NCBI GenBank assembly: GCA_964640475.1
Contig: CAZXGX010000001.1
Span: 1-50,474, forward strand
Reading direction: 5' to 3'
Length of the DNA: 50,474 nt
DNA from: an uncultured Candidatus Bathyarchaeia archaeon
GTDB lineage: Archaea > Thermoproteota > Bathyarchaeia > Bathyarchaeales > Bathycorpusculaceae
Part shown: positions 9,940 to 20,007 of the stretch, in pieces
Layout: each line of letters opens with the position of its first letter
How positions within the stretch are numbered: the first letter of the stretch is position 1
Translations under genes and position numbers: made by a program
The notes under the pieces: model-generated
Databases searched by the model: none
The model's input: only the letters and a program-made list of their open reading frames with translations
What the model was told of the DNA's origin: nothing

Positions 9940-10671
9940 CTAATTCTTCTGCAGATATATTTCTATGGTTGAAACCGTTCTTGCTTTAGGTTCGCCTTCT
10001 CTTGGCGGCATTATTTGTGATCCAATTATAATTCTTGATACTTTCAAGCCTTTAACGTAACGGTTTCTTGTGATTTCACTGACGTCAACGGCAGTGGTTA
10101 TTGCTCTTCCCCTTGCCTTTACAATTATTTCTTGGTTTCCAGATCCTGAAATGCCAGTCATTATTGCTAAGACATAGTTCATTGGCGGTTTATTTCCAAT
10201 AAATATAATTCTTGATTTTTCTGTTGTTGTTACACTAATGGGTTTAGATGAGTCGACTTTAGAGCTTGTTACATCTTGGTTTTGGGATTCTAGAACTGTT
10301 AAATCTTCAATTTCAGCGTTACAACTATTTTTAACTACTTCAAGTGTTTTCAGGCAATCCTGTTTTGTTTCAAAACTAGAGCTATCAGCTATTACTTCAC
10401 CATTTGAAGCGTTTAAGCGGAACCTATACTTTCCCGATACATCTTGATATATTTGATATTTTGGATTTGGCACTTTTCTGTCTTCAATTGTAAGGTCTTC
10501 AATTTCTGAATTGCAGTTCTTTTGTACACTTTTTATTCCATTTAGGCAGCTTGCATGTTTCTCGTAGGCTTCTCCTGAGGCAGCAATTTTATTGTTTTCA
10601 TCTAAGAGTCTGAAGCGGCATTTTTCGTCTGCGTCTTTATAGATTTGAAATTTCGGTTTCATAGCGATCAC
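9940..10671 (-). CDS. fusion of two YegP/DUF1508 repeats with a C-terminal Alba DNA/RNA-binding domain
   Basis: Repeats KFQIYKDADEKCRFRL..NNKIAASGEAY..CLNGIKSVQKN and KYQIYQDVSGKYRFRLNASNGEVIADS..CLKTLEVVKN; Ser/Thr linker; Alba motifs IGNKPPMNYVLA, VKARGRAITTAVDVSEI, VSTIEIYL. Confidence 0.88.
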   Translation of the reverse strand: MIAMKPKFQIYKDADEKCRFRLLDENNKIAASGEAYEKHASCLNGIKSVQKNCNSEIEDLTIEDRKVPNPKYQIYQDVSGKYRFRLNASNGEVIADSSSFETKQDCLKTLEVVKNSCNAEIEDLTVLESQNQDVTSSKVDSSKPISVTTTEKSRIIFIGNKPPMNYVLAIMTGISGSGNQEIIVKARGRAITTAVDVSEITRNRYVKGLKVSRIIIGSQIMPPREGEPKARTVSTIEIYLQKN

Positions 10672-10763
10672 AAATTCTAATTAGGGCTTTGCCAAATAAG
10701 CTTTCCCTAACTATCATGGAGTGAGCGTTTTAAAGTAGAATTCTTAAACATTAATTACAGTAA

Positions 10764-12230
10764 TTATGGCAAATACACCATTCGTCCTTCTACTTGTTTC
10801 TTGAGGTTTTGGTTGTTTCGGAAATACTCTATGAGAACATCTTGAGAAGAAGTAGAGATTATTTTTGGACTACTTGCTTGAGATAGCTGCTCTTGTGAAA
10901 TGTTTAGGTTAGCAACCGAGTTCCTGATGTGGTATCCCTGCAAGCATACTGAATAGAGCCTATCAGAGGAAACCCCTATGCCGCCAATTTTGAGGGAGAT
11001 AAGTCTGCGCTGTGATACATCATAGACTGCGTTAACGTTGCTGTTTACTTGAAAACATTCTCCTTCACCAGTTCGGTTCTCAGCCCGCATTATGTGGCTA
11101 AAAATGGATTTCATCTGTTGCCCATTTATCATGTACCTAACAAGGGTATCATCGAATGGAAAACAATTAAGCAGATCTTTAAGAGCAATTGAAGGCCCAA
11201 GTTCTTTAGAACGTATCCATCCGCTTCCAATAAGAGCAACATCACATTCAGCTCTTTCAGCAATAGCATCTGCAACCAAGTTACCCAATGAAGTTTCCAC
11301 TTCACGTATGGGATGGGTCAACTTGACTGCAAGTTTGCCTGCTATCGCGTTATATTTTGTATCTACAGCTTTTTGGAAGTCACTGATGAATTGTTCAAGC
11401 GCTGGATCAGGTTCCGCCAGATTGTTATCTATTGGGATCAACTGCCAAGTGTAATCAACTATCTTGTTTGTGTCGTCATCAACAACTATATCAAATCTGC
11501 CAATCTGATCTGTTCCAACACCAGCTTGAACAACCAAGATGCCATTTACTAAAGCTGGCTTTTCAAGAACTGTGTGAGAATGCCCACCGATTATGATGTC
11601 TACACCTGCTTCTGGATTGATTAGTTTTGCTAATTCTATGTCTGACTCAAATCCTATGTGAGTTAAAATAATTGTTAAATCAATATCATTATTCTTGTAT
11701 GCATTGCATATTTTTTCAATTTCTCTGCTTGCTTCTTCCAGAGTAACAAAACTGCTGATTAGTTTGTCTTGATTTAGGGAGTCCATAACTTTTTCAGTAA
11801 GTATACCCGTGAAGAGAATATCAAAACCTGCTTTTTTAAGAATCAAATGTGATTGCATTAAACGCTTGTTGTACTTTTTTATGTACAGGTTAGCGTTGAC
11901 TACGGGGAAATTAGCCATTTTCTCCAGAAACAGCAGATGTGGTAAGCCATAATCAAATTCGTGGTTACCTAACGCCACTACATCGGGATTGATAAAATTC
12001 ATTATCTCCATAGTAGAGATACCCTTGTATTCGGCGTCGATAAGTGATCCTTGAACCATGTCTCCAGCTATAACGTAGAGCACGTTTTCTTCTTCTTTTC
12101 TCACCTTATTGATATAGCTTGAAAGCAAAGCTAAGCCGCCAATAAGTTTTCCTTCTTGTCCTTGAATTTCTGCTAGGAAGTCGCCGTGCATATCGTTTGA
12201 GTGAAGTATAGTAAATTTTTTTGTCTTCAT
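10764..12230 (-). CDS. bifunctional metallophosphatase/5'-nucleotidase (UshA-like, no signal peptide)
   Basis: HSNDMHG, AGDMVQG, LGNHEFDYG, THIG, GGHSH motifs plus 5'-nucleotidase C-terminal domain (ETSLGNLVADA). Confidence 0.9.
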   Translation of the reverse strand: MKTKKFTILHSNDMHGDFLAEIQGQEGKLIGGLALLSSYINKVRKEEENVLYVIAGDMVQGSLIDAEYKGISTMEIMNFINPDVVALGNHEFDYGLPHLLFLEKMANFPVVNANLYIKKYNKRLMQSHLILKKAGFDILFTGILTEKVMDSLNQDKLISSFVTLEEASREIEKICNAYKNNDIDLTIILTHIGFESDIELAKLINPEAGVDIIIGGHSHTVLEKPALVNGILVVQAGVGTDQIGRFDIVVDDDTNKIVDYTWQLIPIDNNLAEPDPALEQFISDFQKAVDTKYNAIAGKLAVKLTHPIREVETSLGNLVADAIAERAECDVALIGSGWIRSKELGPSIALKDLLNCFPFDDTLVRYMINGQQMKSIFSHIMRAENRTGEGECFQVNSNVNAVYDVSQRRLISLKIGGIGVSSDRLYSVCLQGYHIRNSVANLNISQEQLSQASSPKIISTSSQDVLIEYFRNNQNLKKQVEGRMVYLP

Positions 12231-12333
12231 GCTCTAATTTCCTATTAAATAGGTTGTTTTTTCTTTTTTAAGGTTTGTTACCTTTGATTCTTGCAAATCA
12301 ACAAATAGTGAAAAAGAGAATGTTGAGGAGGTT

Positions 12334-13098
12334 TTATTGGGCTATTTTGGTTCCACATTGGTCACAGAAGTAAGCATTTGGACCTATAGCAGAGCCGCAT
12401 TGACTACAGAATTTTGGTTTAGGTTTGGGGGCTTCAACTGGTTTTGGAGGCGGCAGAGGGGCACTGCAGGCTCTGCAGAACTTCGCGTTTGGATTTGAAG
12501 CGGTAGTTCCACATGAAGAACAAACAGGCAGAAGCACACCTGAAGGCTGCATAGTTGGAGGGGGTGGTGTATTAACTTGTGTCGGGTATGTTGGGGCTGG
12601 TGCAGGAATTTTAACTGGTTCTGGCGTAGGATTTATTTGAGGTGCAGATGAATGCGACGACATAATCGCAGAATTTATTGCAGCAACCCAATCCTGGTTC
12701 GTGGAGAGGCCGCTTCCAAGTATGAATGAATATGATGGCTTAAGGTTGGGAGTTTTATTATCAATTCTAAGATAAGATGATCCAAAGTGTCGTCCAGTTT
12801 CAACTCTGGTTATATCCTGAAGGGGAATAGAGTAGCTTCCAGGATAATTTGCTACATCATCTAACTCTGCTCTTGACACTTTTTTCTCAGCTGCTCTAGC
12901 TGCAAGAGCTCCACCTAAAGCATACGTTGCTGCCCTAGCTGAGCCTCCTTTGTTAATGTAAACAAATCTTCGATTAGTCAGTATGATTGTGCCAACATCT
13001 GCAAACGCACCCGCCTTTAATCCGATGGATGGGGGATGCTCGCCTTCGTATGCTTTTACTCCTGACTCGTTTTTGAATATCATTTCTATTTCGGACAT
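12334..13098 (-). CDS. PH-like domain + Pro-rich linker + double zinc-ribbon protein
   Basis: GTIILTNRRFVY..SIPLQDITRV (PH-like); Pro-rich linker; CSSC..FCRAC and FCSQCG..FCDQCG zinc ribbons. ATG 13098 preferred over the track start. Confidence 0.8.
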   Translation of the reverse strand: MSEIEMIFKNESGVKAYEGEHPPSIGLKAGAFADVGTIILTNRRFVYINKGGSARAATYALGGALAARAAEKKVSRAELDDVANYPGSYSIPLQDITRVETGRHFGSSYLRIDNKTPNLKPSYSFILGSGLSTNQDWVAAINSAIMSSHSSAPQINPTPEPVKIPAPAPTYPTQVNTPPPPTMQPSGVLLPVCSSCGTTASNPNAKFCRACSAPLPPPKPVEAPKPKPKFCSQCGSAIGPNAYFCDQCGTKIAQ

Positions 13099-13259
13099 TA
13101 TTCCCGTCTCTCCAAACTTTAGTTGCAAAGTTGAAGTTTTAAATTTATCTAATTGCTATCATACAGTAAGTAACTTTAACGTTGAAATTCAGAATACTTG
13201 GTTAGAGGTAAATCAGAAATAATTTAAGGATTCATAAGAAAGTATTTTGAGGAAGCATT

Positions 13260-13439
13260 ATGGAGTTCAAGACTGCAGCAGTTGTCAGTTGCTGGATTAG
13301 CATAGCCATTATTGCGGCTGTTTACATGTTTTTATTTGCAGGCTCAATTGGAGACGTAATGTTTGGAATATTCTTACCGATTGGATTGCTTGTCTTTTTA
13401 GCTGTAATCGTCACTATGTATTTGGCAAGTAAAAGCTAA
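13260..13439 (+). CDS. small two-TM membrane protein (59 aa; not in ORF track)
   Basis: MEFKTAAVVSCWISIAIIAAVYMFLFAGSIGDVMFGIFLPIGLLVFLAVIVTMYLASKS*; GAGG upstream; two hydrophobic helices. Confidence 0.65.
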   Translation: MEFKTAAVVSCWISIAIIAAVYMFLFAGSIGDVMFGIFLPIGLLVFLAVIVTMYLASKS

Positions 13440-13570
13440 CTTATAAAATAACGATAAAAGGCTGCATTCACCTTCCATTTTTATTTTAATTAGCAAGACA
13501 CTATACAAGTTATCTTTCCAAACAACCAGTCTTTAAGGTTGATTTTCCTAAAAGATTATTCTAAAAAAAA

Positions 13571-14008
13571 TTAGATGCCTGGACCTGCAGGGTAACGTCC
13601 GAAGGCGTCTAAAATTTCTTCTGTGGTTGTTTTTTTGCCTACGTTACGCACGAAATCGGACGCTGCAATTATGCCGACAAGCTTATTTTGTTTAATAACT
13701 GGCATACGGTGGATTTTATTTGTTGACATAATTCTGGCTGCCTCCTTAAGAGACGCGTCAGGATCAACTGTAATGAGAGTTTTAGTCATTACTTCTGTTA
13801 ATTTTTGGTCAAGAGGAGCGCGTTTAGCTACAATTCTTCGCACTATATCGCGTTCAGTGATTATGCCAACTGGAAATGCCTTGATTACTACGATTAGGCA
13901 ACCTAAATTTTTTGAGGACATTAATTCTGCTGCTTCAAAAACGGTTTTTCCAGCTTCAATTGTTGCGACATCTTTAGTCATAATATCTTTAACTGATGGC
14001 ATAAGCAT
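13571..14008 (-). CDS. CBS-domain pair protein
   Basis: VKDIMTKDV..VGIITERDIV; VMTKTLITV..LVGIIAASDF. Confidence 0.92.
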   Translation of the reverse strand: MLMPSVKDIMTKDVATIEAGKTVFEAAELMSSKNLGCLIVVIKAFPVGIITERDIVRRIVAKRAPLDQKLTEVMTKTLITVDPDASLKEAARIMSTNKIHRMPVIKQNKLVGIIAASDFVRNVGKKTTTEEILDAFGRYPAGPGI

Positions 14009-14269
14009 TCAGGTAAGAAAAAACTTCTATGGAATAAAAGCATTGTCATTAACTGTGAATCTAATGCAAGAGTAGTAATAATAAGAAGGGGGCTAAAGTC
14101 GTTTTTTGCATAATTGGTTATGCATATTTGTGGGAAAAGTTTGCAGTCTTAATTGATGATTCACAACATACTTATGGTTTCGGTACATATTATGTGTAAT
14201 AATTCAGAGTTGAAATTAAGAAACGCTTAACTGTTGCAAGTTAAATACTGTTAGGATGAGATCGAGAGA

Positions 14270-14755
14270 ATGCCATCGTTTGGACTATTCCGCAAGCCTA
14301 AAAAACAAGAAGAACCAGAAAAATCAGCTATAACAGCTCAAGAACCAGAAAAAAACGATTTTTCCCAAGGTGTTCCAGTTGAGGAAAACAAAGTAGAACC
14401 CCCTACAACTGTTGAACCTTCTGAACCAGTGACTGCTGTAGAACCTGCAATTCCTGCTCCGGTTAACAACAAGACCTACTTGAAAGCTATGCCACTAAAG
14501 GAATTAGTTGATTTAGAAGGCATTAAAAATGAAGTGCAGAAAGGTAACATTTTGATTTTACGCATAACACCACTTGCAAGTAAAAGCATTGAAGACGTAA
14601 AAAGTGCTGTTAATGACTTATACACGTTTACTGAGTCAATAGGCGGAGATATAGCACGTTTAGGAGAAGAACGAGTGGTTATTTGTCCTAAAAATATTAG
14701 AATTTGGCGTGAAAAAACGCCAGTGACAAATGAGCCTTTGCCTACAGCAGCCTAA
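14270..14755 (+). CDS. sepF: archaeal cell division protein SepF
   Basis: N-terminal FGLFRK membrane-targeting-like segment, Pro/Glu linker, core KNEVQKGNILIL..IGGDIARLGEERVVICP. Confidence 0.82.
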   Translation: MPSFGLFRKPKKQEEPEKSAITAQEPEKNDFSQGVPVEENKVEPPTTVEPSEPVTAVEPAIPAPVNNKTYLKAMPLKELVDLEGIKNEVQKGNILILRITPLASKSIEDVKSAVNDLYTFTESIGGDIARLGEERVVICPKNIRIWREKTPVTNEPLPTAA

Positions 14756-16667
14756 AAGTTTCTAATACCGCTGGAACTACTGCATTAATATCTGCTTTAT
14801 TTAACAGATAATTGGCAAAACCTATTGTTTTCTGTTTTTCACCGTGAACAACAAAGATGCGTTCAGGCTTTGGAGTTAAATGAGTCAAGTAATTAACTAG
14901 TTGACGTCTATCTGAGTGACCTGAGAAACCTTCAATTGATTCAACTTGCATTTTGACTTGCAATGCTGACATTTTGCCTTCGTTATCCATCATTGTTACT
15001 TCGTTTACGCCTTTTTGGACGCGCCTACCCATTGTTCCTTCGATCTGGTAGCTGACGAAAATGATTGAGTTCCGTTCATCATTTGCCCAGTTTTTGAAGT
15101 ATTCTATTACTGGTCCACCTTCAAGCATGCCTGAAGTTGCTAAGACAATGCATGGTTCGCCTTCCATGATGCTTGAACGTACGCTAGGGTGCTCTACGAT
15201 TGTGAAGTAGTCAGACTGGAAGGGGTTAACTTCTTCATGAAGGATGCTGTGGCGTACTTCCCTGCCCAAGTATTCTGGGTAAGCTGTGTGAATTGCTGTT
15301 GCTTCACTAATCATGCCTTCTATGAAAACTGGGGCTTCCTTCATCATGCCGCGTTTCATGTAGCCGTCAATAACAAGCATTATTTCTTGTGCTCTTCCAA
15401 CAGCTGGTACTGGAATTAGGACTTTGCCTTTACGTTCTAAAGTTTGGTTGATAACTTTTGTTAGGGCTTCTTCAGCTTCTACTCTAGATGGCACTATGTC
15501 GTCAGGGCCGCTGTAGGTGCTCTCAGTAATGACAGTTTCGATGCGTGGGAATTCTGTTGTTGCAGCTTCTAAAAGCATGGTTCGTCCAAACTTGTAGTCG
15601 CTTGTGTAAACGATGTTATGTAAGCCTTCACCTATGTGTAGGTGAACCATTGAGCCGCCTAAAATGTGTCCTGAATTATGAAGCGTTAAGCGTATGTCAG
15701 GTGCGATGTCGGTTACTACGCCATAGCGTAGTGGGATTGTGTGAAGTACGCATTCGCGGACATCTTTTTGATCGTAAAAGGGTGTTACACCTTGCTTGCT
15801 TGCTACGTCTAAGTAGTCTAGCTGAAGCATTGTCATCAGGTTTGATGTTGGTGCTGAACAGTAAATGGGTCCGTCATAACCATACTTGTAGAGGAATGGT
15901 GCTAAACCGCAGTGGTCAAGGTGAGCGTGACTGATAACTACTGCGTCAAGTGAGTCAATTTGGAATTCAGGTGAATCGAATCGTGGGAAGGACTCAAAAG
16001 GTCTATTGGATCCTGGATGGATACCACAATCTAATAATACGCTGCTTTCGCGTGTTTTAACTAGGAATGCTGAGCGACCGACTTCTTGTGCTCCACCTAG
16101 AACTGTCATGCGGACATCTCCGACATCATATGTTTTTGGTCGGAAAATTCTTTCACCCACAGTACGCAGGATGCGTTCGCGTTCTTTGCTTTCTGAATGT
16201 AGATAGTGACGCATGTGAGTTACAATTTTTGATTTGATTGGTGGGCTTCTAAGAACCTGTGGGCGCCATTTTGTTTTCTTTATAATTTCTTGTAATACAG
16301 CGCCGTTTCTTCCAATAACTAAGCCGGGTTTTTTGGTTTCGATAATTATTTCTCCAAGGCTGGGATCGAAGTTTATGTCGGTTATTTCTGCCTCTGGAGC
16401 GATTAGTTCACGTGTGATTTTTTCTGCTTCAACTTCGGGAAGTCTAACAGAAGGGTCTGGTCTGACCACAATTCTTTTGCGGATTACGCCAACTATTTCT
16501 GATATGACACTGCTTTGATCAATCAATACTTCTGGTTTTTTTGTATAGATTGAAAGCATTGGTCCTTCATATTCGATTCTTGTAACTTCTGCTTCTCTTG
16601 GAACGTGTTCCAAAATATAATGAGTTATTTCTATCTTGTCTTTCTCTTTTTCTTGGTTTCTCGCCAC
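14742..16667 (-). CDS. fttA: beta-CASP ribonuclease aCPSF1 / transcription termination factor FttA
   Basis: N-terminal KH domains (KKPGLVIG), GGAQEVGRS, SHAHLDH, HILG, ESTY, FSGHSD, VHGE; canonical position downstream of proteasome beta. Confidence 0.95.
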   Translation of the reverse strand: MARNQEKEKDKIEITHYILEHVPREAEVTRIEYEGPMLSIYTKKPEVLIDQSSVISEIVGVIRKRIVVRPDPSVRLPEVEAEKITRELIAPEAEITDINFDPSLGEIIIETKKPGLVIGRNGAVLQEIIKKTKWRPQVLRSPPIKSKIVTHMRHYLHSESKERERILRTVGERIFRPKTYDVGDVRMTVLGGAQEVGRSAFLVKTRESSVLLDCGIHPGSNRPFESFPRFDSPEFQIDSLDAVVISHAHLDHCGLAPFLYKYGYDGPIYCSAPTSNLMTMLQLDYLDVASKQGVTPFYDQKDVRECVLHTIPLRYGVVTDIAPDIRLTLHNSGHILGGSMVHLHIGEGLHNIVYTSDYKFGRTMLLEAATTEFPRIETVITESTYSGPDDIVPSRVEAEEALTKVINQTLERKGKVLIPVPAVGRAQEIMLVIDGYMKRGMMKEAPVFIEGMISEATAIHTAYPEYLGREVRHSILHEEVNPFQSDYFTIVEHPSVRSSIMEGEPCIVLATSGMLEGGPVIEYFKNWANDERNSIIFVSYQIEGTMGRRVQKGVNEVTMMDNEGKMSALQVKMQVESIEGFSGHSDRRQLVNYLTHLTPKPERIFVVHGEKQKTIGFANYLLNKADINAVVPAVLETFRLL

Positions 16668-16672
16668 GATCT

Positions 16673-17320
16673 TTAACTTCCCGAACTGGAAAACAGTTTG
16701 CTTTTCTCTTCTTCTGATAACTCCTTGTAGCCATTTTTGTCGATAACGGTGATATTGTAGTTGTTGCCGCTTGCAACGTCTCGTTTCATAGCAGCGTTTA
16801 CTGCTTTAACGATAGTTGGTAACAGTTCTTTGATTGTCATGCCTTCACGATATTTATCTTCCAATATACCGTAAGCTACTGGTGAGCCTGATCCGGTTGA
16901 GACAGATTTTTCTTCAGTTAAACTGCCGTAAGGATCAAGGTTGAAAACGTGTGGACCGGTCTCATCTATTCCCCCAACTAGAACTTGTGTTGAAAGTGGA
17001 ACGTACCTGTTTTGGAAGAGTATGTTTGCCACAATACGTGCTGCAGCACTGACAGGAATTGGCCTGTTAAGGTTTATTTTGTATAATTTTGCATTTGCGA
17101 TTAGGATGTCTACGACTTTTTGAGCATCTGCAACTGTTCCTGCAATTGTCATGCCCAAATGGTCATCAATTTGGTAGACTTTTTTTCCGAATTTGTGGGC
17201 AACATAATAACCCATTGTTACTCTGGTATCGGAGGCTAAGATAACGCCGTCTTTACAGACGACACCGATTGTTGTTGTTCCCTTAAGGACTAGTTGGCTA
17301 GCTGCATCGTTTTGTGACAT
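16673..17320 (-). CDS. psmB: proteasome subunit beta
   Basis: Propeptide then KG|TTTIG catalytic Thr, AGTVADAQ, STGSGS, RDVASG. Confidence 0.96.
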   Translation of the reverse strand: MSQNDAASQLVLKGTTTIGVVCKDGVILASDTRVTMGYYVAHKFGKKVYQIDDHLGMTIAGTVADAQKVVDILIANAKLYKINLNRPIPVSAAARIVANILFQNRYVPLSTQVLVGGIDETGPHVFNLDPYGSLTEEKSVSTGSGSPVAYGILEDKYREGMTIKELLPTIVKAVNAAMKRDVASGNNYNITVIDKNGYKELSEEEKSKLFSSSGS

Positions 17321-17656
17321 GATTTATGTTCTCCCTAAAATTGATCTACAGGATGAATTACATCCACTAGGAAGTAGCATGATGTATTCTTATTGTGAGA
17401 TTAATTAATATTGCGCTTTAGAGAGTCAGCTCCCGCATCTTCTTCTCTTTCTTCTGAGAGTAAAGATGGCTTTTATTATTCATAAAAAACGTCTTCTATA
17501 ACGTTTTTTAGGGATTTCATCAGGCTGAGAGTCTCATTTGACTGAAAATTTTGAGAACTTGATCCGTGCTTTTAATATTGACAGGGTTTAATTTCAATAA
17601 GGTTTAAACAGTAATACCCCGATTTTATACTGCTTAGCCTTGAAACGTGAACAAGC

Positions 17657-18718
17657 TTGACTCTACCTTATCATTACATGCAATTGCCAAGAGAAGTTAT
17701 AGTCGGTAAAGGAGTATTAACCAGAGTAAATGAAGTAGTGAACCGTCTTAATCTTAAAGGCGGAGCCCTCATCATATCAGGTGACAGAAGCTATGAAGTC
17801 GCCGGCAAACGTGTCTATGATTATCTTGAAGAAGCAGGCATGGACGTTAACGCACTACTTGTTGAAACGATAACCATGAAAGATGTTGCCTTAATTGAAG
17901 AGCAAATTAAAATTTTAAAACCGCAAGCTCTTTTCGGTGTCGGTGGAGGAACAATAATTGATGCCACCAAGGTTAGTTCAAGCAACCAGAACATACCTTT
18001 TATCAGCATCCCTACAACGGTATCTCATGATGGCATCGCAAGTCCACTTGCATCAATAAAAGGCTCAGATAAACCCTACTCTATACTAGCGCAGGCACCT
18101 TTAGCGATAATTGCTGATACAGACGTTATTTCACTAGCACCGTGGCGTTCAGTTATAAGTGGTTGCGGAGACGTCATAGCAAAGTTTACAGCTGTAAAGG
18201 ATTGGAAGCTTGCTCATTTAGAAAAAAGGGAGTATTATGGTGAATATGCAGCAAGTTTGGCGCTCATGAGCACTAAACTGATTGCTCAAAACGCAGAGCT
18301 AATTAAACCTATGAATGATGGTGGGTTGCGGGTTTTGTTAGAGGCTTTAATTAGCTGTGGTGTAGCAATGAGCATTGCGGGAAGTAGTAGACCATGCAGT
18401 GGTTCAGAACACATGTTTAGCCACGCTTTAGATAATATTAATCATAATCATGCCATGCATGGTGAACAATGTGGTTTAGGTTCAATTTTGACTTCTTTCC
18501 TTTATGGGTCAAACTGGCAGAAGATTAAGGGCACACTCAAACAGATTGGTGCACCAATAACCGCAAAAGAGTTGGGTGTTAAAGATGAGGATATTGTTAA
18601 AGCGCTCCATTTAGCTTCAACAATTAGGCCTGAAAGATATACAATTCTACATAAACTGAAGCTTAATTATGAGGCTTGCGAAACTGTGGCTAAAGCAACT
18701 GGGATAATAGGCAATTAA
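17657..18718 (+). CDS. egsA: glycerol-1-phosphate dehydrogenase [NAD(P)+]
   Basis: GVGGGTIID, PTTVSHDGIASP, SRPCSGSEHMFSHALD, HGEQCG. Confidence 0.95.
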   Translation: MTLPYHYMQLPREVIVGKGVLTRVNEVVNRLNLKGGALIISGDRSYEVAGKRVYDYLEEAGMDVNALLVETITMKDVALIEEQIKILKPQALFGVGGGTIIDATKVSSSNQNIPFISIPTTVSHDGIASPLASIKGSDKPYSILAQAPLAIIADTDVISLAPWRSVISGCGDVIAKFTAVKDWKLAHLEKREYYGEYAASLALMSTKLIAQNAELIKPMNDGGLRVLLEALISCGVAMSIAGSSRPCSGSEHMFSHALDNINHNHAMHGEQCGLGSILTSFLYGSNWQKIKGTLKQIGAPITAKELGVKDEDIVKALHLASTIRPERYTILHKLKLNYEACETVAKATGIIGN

Positions 18719-19104
18719 AGCTTTTTTTGTATTAATTCAAGAAGTGCAAATTGGTTGCCTTCAGGGTCAATTGCAGCTGCTACCCAACCGATGTCGGGGA
18801 CTTCTTGTTTGGGAGAGAGCACTTTTCCACCAAGTTTTTGAATTTTTTCTAGATAATCAGTAATGGATTCTACAGAAAAATAGTTTAATGGTTTAATTTC
18901 AGGGGTTGGTTTTTTGTACATTCCACCATTTACGCCTGGTCTCTGAAGCGTACCTTCTGAGTTTATTGGAACGGTTTGTATTACCCAGTAATCGATGGGG
19001 CCAGGGTATTGAATTATTTTCCAGTTGAAGACTTCTTCATAGAATTTTTTGAGTTTTTCTACATCGTTAGCTGGGATTTCAAAATGTACCAGAGTATGGT
19101 CCAT
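18715..19104 (-). CDS. VOC/glyoxalase-family protein
   Basis: VHFEIPAND..FYEEVFNW, GVNGG, LGGKV, DPEGNQFAL. Confidence 0.9.
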   Translation of the reverse strand: MDHTLVHFEIPANDVEKLKKFYEEVFNWKIIQYPGPIDYWVIQTVPINSEGTLQRPGVNGGMYKKPTPEIKPLNYFSVESITDYLEKIQKLGGKVLSPKQEVPDIGWVAAAIDPEGNQFALLELIQKKL

Positions 19105-19257
19105 GTTCCTTTTTCACCTCCCACTGGAATGATCTTTCTGTAAAGTTTAAGGAAAAAGTGTCAAGTACATTATTACTATAGAAATTCGTAAAATTAATTC
19201 TTTTATTTTTTCTAAAGCAAAGCGTGGTTTATAAAATAGAAAAAATGAACTAAAAAA

Positions 19258-19833
19258 TTATAATTGGATACCGAATTTGCATTGAGAAGCTCCAGAAATA
19301 GTGCTTTCCAGTAATGTCACGTTTACTGGTTTTCCAGTTATGCTTTCCCAATATTTTTTAATGAAACCTTCTGAGCAGTGACAGTAGGTTTTTGACATGT
19401 TAACGTCTTTTGGCAAAGCTCGGATTAACCCACAGTAGCAACGCATTGGATGAGTAAACTCTTGAGGAGTGTAAATATGAAAAAGTTGGTTGCCGTCTAG
19501 TATGATTTTTGTGCCTTTTTGAGGTTTCTGCTGTTCTGCTTCTAAGAATTCTTTGAGTGTTTTGAATTTTTTGCGTCGTTCAATGGCTTTTTGGATTACG
19601 CGTTTGTTTATTTCGGCACAGTTTGAACCACAATTGTTCATGATTTGGATTCGTGTTTTTTCATCCACTGCGGCATCTAAGCGGTCTATGGCTGTTTTTG
19701 TCCAAAGTGCCATTTTCTTTTTTTCAGTTTTCTCAGTGATATCCTCGCTTCCCTGCATCACTTTTGTACTTGCATCTTTACCTGCATAATGCTCAATGTT
19801 TTTCTCAAGTGGAATTAACATTTTATACTTCAT
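19258..19833 (-). CDS. DUF6144-like / V4R-type Cys-containing protein
   Basis: CGSNCA, RCYC, TYCHCSEG, ESTISGASQCKF pattern. Confidence 0.65.
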   Translation of the reverse strand: MKYKMLIPLEKNIEHYAGKDASTKVMQGSEDITEKTEKKKMALWTKTAIDRLDAAVDEKTRIQIMNNCGSNCAEINKRVIQKAIERRKKFKTLKEFLEAEQQKPQKGTKIILDGNQLFHIYTPQEFTHPMRCYCGLIRALPKDVNMSKTYCHCSEGFIKKYWESITGKPVNVTLLESTISGASQCKFGIQL

Positions 19834-20007
19834 GCAAATTGAACCCTTCTTATCACTGATTTTTAGGCAATAAAAGGTTTGTAGAGGCTCTAATGCTAAT
19901 TAACCAATTTAATATAAGAAAAGTTATGGTTAATTTAAGCGTGGAAACGTCTAAAACTAAGAAAATAATTAAAAAGTTAAGTTTAAAGAAGGGTTAGTTA
20001 CGCTTGT

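Noticed and set aside
14742-14755. Convergent 3' overlap of sepF and fttA (also egsA/VOC at 18715-18718)
   Set aside because: Short convergent overlaps are common in compact archaeal genomes.
17530-17548. AGTCTCATTTGACTGAAA resembling the dyad, upstream of egsA
   Set aside because: Wrong spacer length and a mismatched arm; probably chance.
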